DNA of 32,000 nt from Candidatus Nanosynbacter lyticus (GTDB lineage Bacteria; Patescibacteriota; Saccharimonadia; Saccharimonadales; Saccharimonadaceae), in contig NZ_CP007496.1 in the NCBI RefSeq assembly GCF_000803625.1, positions 210,001-242,000 of the forward strand, in the 5' to 3' direction. Below, piece after piece: positions 28,203-32,000 of the stretch. Numbering within the stretch: the stretch's first letter is position 1; the number at the start of each line of letters is the position of its first letter. The position numbers were made by a program, and so were the translations under genes. The notes under the pieces are model-generated. The model ran no database searches, was not told the DNA's origin, and saw nothing but the letters and a program-made list of their open reading frames with translations.

Positions 28203-29072
28203 TTATCGTAATGTCCAGTTGTTTGCTCCGAGCGGCTTAATCGCGCCGTTGATTTCTAGCATAGTTAGCGCTGTGGCGAAGTCTGATGCCGATAAGCCGG
28301 AATTTTGCTGGAGCTCATCTCCGTCTCGAATTCCGCTAGAGATTAGTTTGATAATAATTGCTTCTTCTGGAGTTGAGCTTAGTGGAGCCTCGGGGCTGCT
28401 GGATTTTTGTAATTTTTCTGGGGCAATTATATTCAAAATATCATTTGCGTCTGTCACTAGATAAGCGCCCTGCTTCAGCAAGTTATTGCATCCCGCTGAG
28501 AGCGGACTGGTTATGTTGCCAGGGACAACGAATAAGTCTCTGCCCTGGTTTAAGGCGTGAGAAGCAGTATTTAAGGTGCCACTTCTCTCTGTGGCTTCAG
28601 TGATGATAATGCCATCTGCCAGCCCACTGACTAATCGATTGCGTTCTAGAAAACTCCAGCGATTTACTATTTTATTATCACCTTTCATCCACTCAGAAAT
28701 TACTGCCCCGCCTTGCCTAATTATGTCCATAGCTAGTTTATAATTGGTGCGCGGTGAGATGTCAGGTAGTTCATTGGGGACGACTGCTACCACTGTGCCA
28801 CCAGCCTCTAAAGCCGCTTTTTGAGCAATTCCATCTACTCCGAGGGCTAGTCCACTGACGATTATACAACCGGCACTTGCTAGCTCTGCGGCTAATCTCT
28901 CGGTTACTTCTTTCCCATAGGCTGAAGGCTTGCGCGAACCAACAATTGATACGATAGGTGCGTTAGCTTCTGGCAATTTTCCCATATAACATAAGCTTTT
29001 TGGAGGATTGGCAATATGTGCTAATCTCTGGGTGAAAATATGCTTATCTGGTAGAATTCTCTTGATTTCCAT
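28203..29072 (-). CDS. dprA: DNA processing protein DprA
   Basis: VSIVGSRKPSAYGKEV, IVSGLALGVDGIAQKAALEAGGTVVAVVP, FLERNRLVSGLADGIIITEATERSGTLNTASHAL, C-terminal winged helix. ATG 29072 preferred over GTG 29099. Confidence 0.9.
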   Translation of the reverse strand: MEIKRILPDKHIFTQRLAHIANPPKSLCYMGKLPEANAPIVSIVGSRKPSAYGKEVTERLAAELASAGCIIVSGLALGVDGIAQKAALEAGGTVVAVVPNELPDISPRTNYKLAMDIIRQGGAVISEWMKGDNKIVNRWSFLERNRLVSGLADGIIITEATERSGTLNTASHALNQGRDLFVVPGNITSPLSAGCNNLLKQGAYLVTDANDILNIIAPEKLQKSSSPEAPLSSTPEEAIIIKLISSGIRDGDELQQNSGLSASDFATALTMLEINGAIKPLGANNWTLR

Positions 29073-29092
29073 ACAAAATGTTGTGAAAAGTA

Positions 29093-29121
29093 TTGACACT
29101 TTGTCAAATGTTTGCTATAAT
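29093..29121 (+). promoter_or_regulatory. consensus sigma-70 promoter for a non-coding transcript
   Basis: TTGACA (29093-29098), exactly 17 bp, TATAAT (29116-29121). Confidence 0.8.
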
Positions 29122-29127
29122 CAAGGA

Positions 29128-29438
29128 CGATTGGTTAAGTAATCATTAACCAAACGCACCTTATACCCCCTATTCTAACTATATGTTAGGTTGCGCGCAA
29201 TGGCATTAAGTATTCTTACCCTCCACTTTTTGCGGTTCAACGTTACGCGCATACTAACCCCTTTAACTGCCCTTTTTCAAAGGCGACCTCTGTTAAGGTG
29301 AGCACTAAGCAGTGTTGATAATCAATCAGGCGCGGACTTTTGGAGTTTTAGTCACGACGCTTCGCCGAGACGGTAGCTCGGGTGGGTTGAAGGGTAAAAA
29401 AGCACCAGGTGATGCCCACCCTTACCTGGTGCTTTTTT
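29128..29438 (+). ncRNA. unidentified structured ncRNA, about 310 nt
   Basis: Consensus promoter at the 5' end, no substantial plus-strand ORF, several hairpins (29131-29153; CTAAC-TATAT-GTTAG; CCGAG-ACGGTAG-CTCGG), perfect 15-bp terminator stem at the 3' end. Confidence 0.65.
29396..29438. terminator. bidirectional intrinsic terminator
   Basis: AAAAAAGCACCAGGT / ACCTGGTGCTTTTTT perfect 15-bp stem, 13-nt loop; sits between the ncRNA (+) and the fur-family gene (-). Confidence 0.9.
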
Positions 29439-29453
29439 GTTGGTAAAAATTAT

Positions 29454-29867
29454 TTACTCTTCTATAATATGTCGGCATTTTTCGCAAATACCTTCTAGCT
29501 CAAAATGATGTTTTGTGACTATAAAATTATACTTTTTGCCAATGTAGTCTACGAGTTTTTCGAGTTCTTTCGGTTGTATGGGCTCGGCATTTTGGCAATT
29601 GATACAGTATAAGTGGTGATGATGTGGTATGAATGGCTCGGCTAATTCGTAATAGTTTTTCCAGCCAATGTATATTGTGTTAATTATTTTTAGTCTATCA
29701 AATATGATAAGGGTGCGATAAATACTAGTGCGGTTAATGTTTTTGTAGTTTTTTGCAATATCTCCGACGGTAAGAGGTATTTCTGAATTTTTTAGTATAT
29801 CGAAAATCTGCTGGCGAGGCTTTGTCAGGCGAAAACCGTGCTGCTCGAATATTTCGCTTAGTGTCAT
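29454..29867 (-). CDS. Fur-family metalloregulator (probably Zur-like from context)
   Basis: GFRLTKPRQQIFDIL, NINRTSIYRTLIIFDRL, HHHHLYCINCQNAEPI, GICEKCRHIIEE (two CxxC). Confidence 0.85.
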   Translation of the reverse strand: MTLSEIFEQHGFRLTKPRQQIFDILKNSEIPLTVGDIAKNYKNINRTSIYRTLIIFDRLKIINTIYIGWKNYYELAEPFIPHHHHLYCINCQNAEPIQPKELEKLVDYIGKKYNFIVTKHHFELEGICEKCRHIIEE

Positions 29868-29887
29868 AATGATAAGTATTTTACAAC

Positions 29888-29910
29888 TTATTGCAACAAA
29901 TATGCAATAA
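29888..29910. promoter_or_regulatory. candidate Fur/Zur operator
   Basis: TTATTGCA-ACAAATA-TGCAATAA perfect 8-bp inverted repeat, 20 bp upstream of the fur-family start codon. Confidence 0.5.
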
Positions 29911-29912
29911 CA

Positions 29913-30647
29913 CTATATTCCCATTAGTTCGTATGGGTATTTAGGCTGGCTTATCTTAGTTATGTTCGGCTGAGTAATCACGTATTCAGCTTGGCCATTA
30001 ATGACTTTCTGGGATAGCTTACCCTTGACTATCAGCCAGGTACCGTCTGGGTAATCTACTGAGAATCTCTTCTCGACGATGATTTTTACTGGAACACTAT
30101 CAACAGCACAGCAACTTATGACATAGCGCGCAATGTAAAAGTAATCGTATCCGTAGTTTTTTAGTAGGTCATTTGAAACGAAGCCAGTGATAGTAATATC
30201 TTTATTATCGAAGTAAGAGGCTTGTTTGCAGGAATTTATGGCAGTTTTCCAGCGGTTTATTGAGATTGTGGAGCTATTTTCTGTTGGTTTTGGAATTTCG
30301 CAGCGACTCTCAGCTTCAATAATTGCAGGATTCTCTCTTTGGGCGAGGCTGCTTGGCGATAGCGTCTTTGGCGGTAGTGTATAGCCGATTGTTAGGATAA
30401 TAATCGCCAAGTAGGAGCTGACCTTTACTCTCCTTAAATTAAAGACAGATCCGTTAAGGGACTGTCTGCTTTTAAATTGCAACATTATATCAATAAGAAA
30501 AAGTGCAATTCCAACTATACTGATTATAATGGCAAATTGATGATAACGTGGATGAGTGTAAAAACCCAGATGATCGCGGCTGGCTAATAGGAGGATATAG
30601 CCACAGACCAAAATCCCGCCCATCGACCTTAGTAAATTAGCGAACAT
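29913..30647 (-). CDS. TIGR03943-family membrane protein
   Basis: Multi-TM N-terminus; DITITGFVSNDLLKNYGYDYFYIARYVISCCAVDSVPVKIIVE..DYPDGTWLIVKGKLS; adjacent to the permease. Confidence 0.75.
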   Translation of the reverse strand: MFANLLRSMGGILVCGYILLLASRDHLGFYTHPRYHQFAIIISIVGIALFLIDIMLQFKSRQSLNGSVFNLRRVKVSSYLAIIILTIGYTLPPKTLSPSSLAQRENPAIIEAESRCEIPKPTENSSTISINRWKTAINSCKQASYFDNKDITITGFVSNDLLKNYGYDYFYIARYVISCCAVDSVPVKIIVEKRFSVDYPDGTWLIVKGKLSQKVINGQAEYVITQPNITKISQPKYPYELMGI

Positions 30648-31680
30648 ATAAGTTAACTCCCACGCCCGCCATGAAAGACAGCGCGAATATTATTAGTACA
30701 ATTGTTGCTATAAAGTGCCAACGGAAAGTAGTCTTCATAAGTATAATCATTTTTATGTCTACCATTGGTCCGGATAATAAGAATGACAAGATTGAGCCGG
30801 CAGTAAAACTACGTGCATAAGCTAAGGCAAAAAACGCGTCTATGCTTGAGCATATTGAAACAACAAAGCTGAGGATGATCATGGCGATAACTGACAGAAA
30901 AATGTCACCACCGACGGTGTTAATGATGAATCGTGGTACAAATACTTGGGTGGCTGCGGCGATGCTAGCACCTATGACTAGTATGGTAAATAACTGCCAG
31001 AACTCGTTGCGTGAGTTGTCAAATATTTTTAGAAAAGACGAATCGTTTTTATGAGCGTGGCAATACTCTTTAAAGTCTGGATTAAGTATAGAATCTTCTT
31101 TGAATAAACTAACAATGAAAGCTGTTATTTGGACGATAATCAGCGCAAAAATGACTCTCCACCAGACCATCTGCGGCTGAAAACTGAAGGCCGTCATAGT
31201 AGCGACGATGGTTATGGGGTTGAGGATTGGTGCGGCAAATAGAAAACTGATGACGTCAGCAGGTTTAAGGCCCTGCGCCATCAGGCTGCGTGCAACCGGC
31301 ACATTGCCACATTCACAGACCGGCAAGGCTATTCCAAGCGTTGACAGCACAATTCGCCTGAGGAAGGTATTTTTTGGTAGTATCTTGAGCAGTTTGTCTG
31401 ATGGTAAAAATTTTCTAATTAGTGCCGATACAATTATTCCCAGTAGCAGAAATGGTGTAGCTTCGACGATTACACTCAGTGTGAGCGTAAGAAAATCTTG
31501 AAGCGATGGCAGTAGTTTTGTAAACAAATCTACAAGTTCTCCATTAACTAACATAGTGCTAAATTTTGAACTGAGGTAATATATAGTAATCACAAAAATC
31601 CCAAAAACAATCCAGTTTATTAATTCCTGGTTGGCGTATAGTATTTTCTTTAAGCGGCCGTCTGATAGCTTGCGCACCAT
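30637..31680 (-). CDS. permease (YcgR/DUF318-like)
   Basis: ALGIALPVCECGNVPVARSLMAQGLKPADVISFLFAAPILNPITIVATM; CSSIDAFFALAYARSFTAGSILSFLLSGPMVDIK. Confidence 0.82.
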   Translation of the reverse strand: MVRKLSDGRLKKILYANQELINWIVFGIFVITIYYLSSKFSTMLVNGELVDLFTKLLPSLQDFLTLTLSVIVEATPFLLLGIIVSALIRKFLPSDKLLKILPKNTFLRRIVLSTLGIALPVCECGNVPVARSLMAQGLKPADVISFLFAAPILNPITIVATMTAFSFQPQMVWWRVIFALIIVQITAFIVSLFKEDSILNPDFKEYCHAHKNDSSFLKIFDNSRNEFWQLFTILVIGASIAAATQVFVPRFIINTVGGDIFLSVIAMIILSFVVSICSSIDAFFALAYARSFTAGSILSFLLSGPMVDIKMIILMKTTFRWHFIATIVLIIFALSFMAGVGVNLYVR

Positions 31681-31687
31681 ATATAAA

Positions 31688-31713
31688 ATTATACCGCATG
31701 CTTATGTTATACT
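31688..31713. promoter_or_regulatory. overlapping divergent promoters
   Basis: Minus TATAAT (31688-31693) 7 nt from ATG 31680; plus TGTTATACT (-10 at 31708-31713) 8 nt from ATG 31722. Confidence 0.6.
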
Positions 31714-31721
31714 AAATCATT

Positions 31722-32000
31722 ATGAAGCATCTTTTACATTCGCATCATCCGTTTCGGATTTTTTGGTTTTCAGTGCTATTAACCATGGCTTTAGGTGGTC
31801 TAATTTTTACGCAAATGGGGCTTAATGGCTTATGGCTATTTGCCATTTTAGTTATTTTGGAAGTAACTTTTAGTTTTGATAATGCAGTAATCAATAGTAA
31901 GGTTCTGGCGGGGATGGGTCAGGTTTGGCAGAAAATATTCTTGACAGTCGGTATTTTTGTAGCGGTGTTTGTTGTGCGATTTATATTGCCAATTGTTATT
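31722..32000 (+). CDS. DUF475/TerC-like integral membrane protein, truncated by the window end
   Basis: MKHLLHSHHPFRIFWFSVLLTMALGGLIFTQMGLNGLWLFAILVILEVTFSFDNAVINSKVLAGMGQVWQKIFLTVGIFVAVFVVRFILPIVI; the SFDNAVIN motif is typical. Confidence 0.8.
   Translation, partial: MKHLLHSHHPFRIFWFSVLLTMALGGLIFTQMGLNGLWLFAILVILEVTFSFDNAVINSKVLAGMGQVWQKIFLTVGIFVAVFVVRFILPIVI

Noticed and set aside
29073-29099. Upstream GTG start for dprA (adds MSILFTTFC)
   Set aside because: It overlaps the TTGACA/TGTCAA promoter elements, and the ATG at 29072 gives a more typical N-terminus.
29128-29438. tmRNA, RNase P RNA, SRP RNA or 6S RNA identity for the ncRNA
   Set aside because: Landmarks such as the tmRNA 5' GGGGCTG..TTCGACAGG, RNase P GAGGAAAGTCC/ACAGAAA and the SRP GGTCCGGAAGGAAGCAGCC-like core were not found; a covariance-model search is needed.
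1-32000. CRISPR arrays, tRNA/rRNA genes, transposases, integrases, prophage genes
   Set aside because: Looked for regularly spaced repeats, tRNA TpsiC-like arms and recombinase motifs; none were convincing.

Overview
This 32-kb window looks like chromosomal backbone from a reduced Candidatus Saccharibacteria (TM7) or other CPR/Patescibacteria genome. That lineage call is an inference from gene content and context; no 16S is present. Left part: a SAP-domain protein, a NUDIX hydrolase, an orphan gene pair, an SDR oxidoreductase, YvcK, a very divergent RelA/SpoT-like protein, RNase HI, and a two-gene unit pairing a DUF4868/KwaB-like protein with a PIF1-like helicase. Centre: a dcw cluster in the order mraZ, rsmH, a strong-SD micro-ORF, ftsL-like, PBP2/ftsI, mraY, ftsW, murG, ftsQ-like. 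No ftsA, ftsZ or murC-F follows; an unexplained ~770 bp AT-rich gap does. Right part: a membrane DUF2726 protein divergent from speD, DUF4178 and a membrane-fused spermidine synthase; a HerA/VirB4-type membrane ATPase; a sigma-region-4/HARE-HTH protein; topA; a CDP-alcohol phosphatidyltransferase; dprA; a strongly supported unidentified ~310-nt ncRNA; a permease/TIGR03943/Fur(Zur) operon; and a truncated DUF475/TerC-like gene. The observations I rate highest are: (1) a recurrent TGnTATAAT box 6-9 nt before start codons at many transcription-unit heads, implying widespread leaderless transcription; (2) the ncRNA with a consensus promoter, a perfect 15-bp terminator stem, and a terminator loop complementary to an upstream segment; (3) the KwaB-like + PIF1-like helicase pair; (4) a 23-codon micro-ORF with a near-perfect SD between rsmH and ftsL. 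No tRNA, rRNA, CRISPR or transposase was seen.
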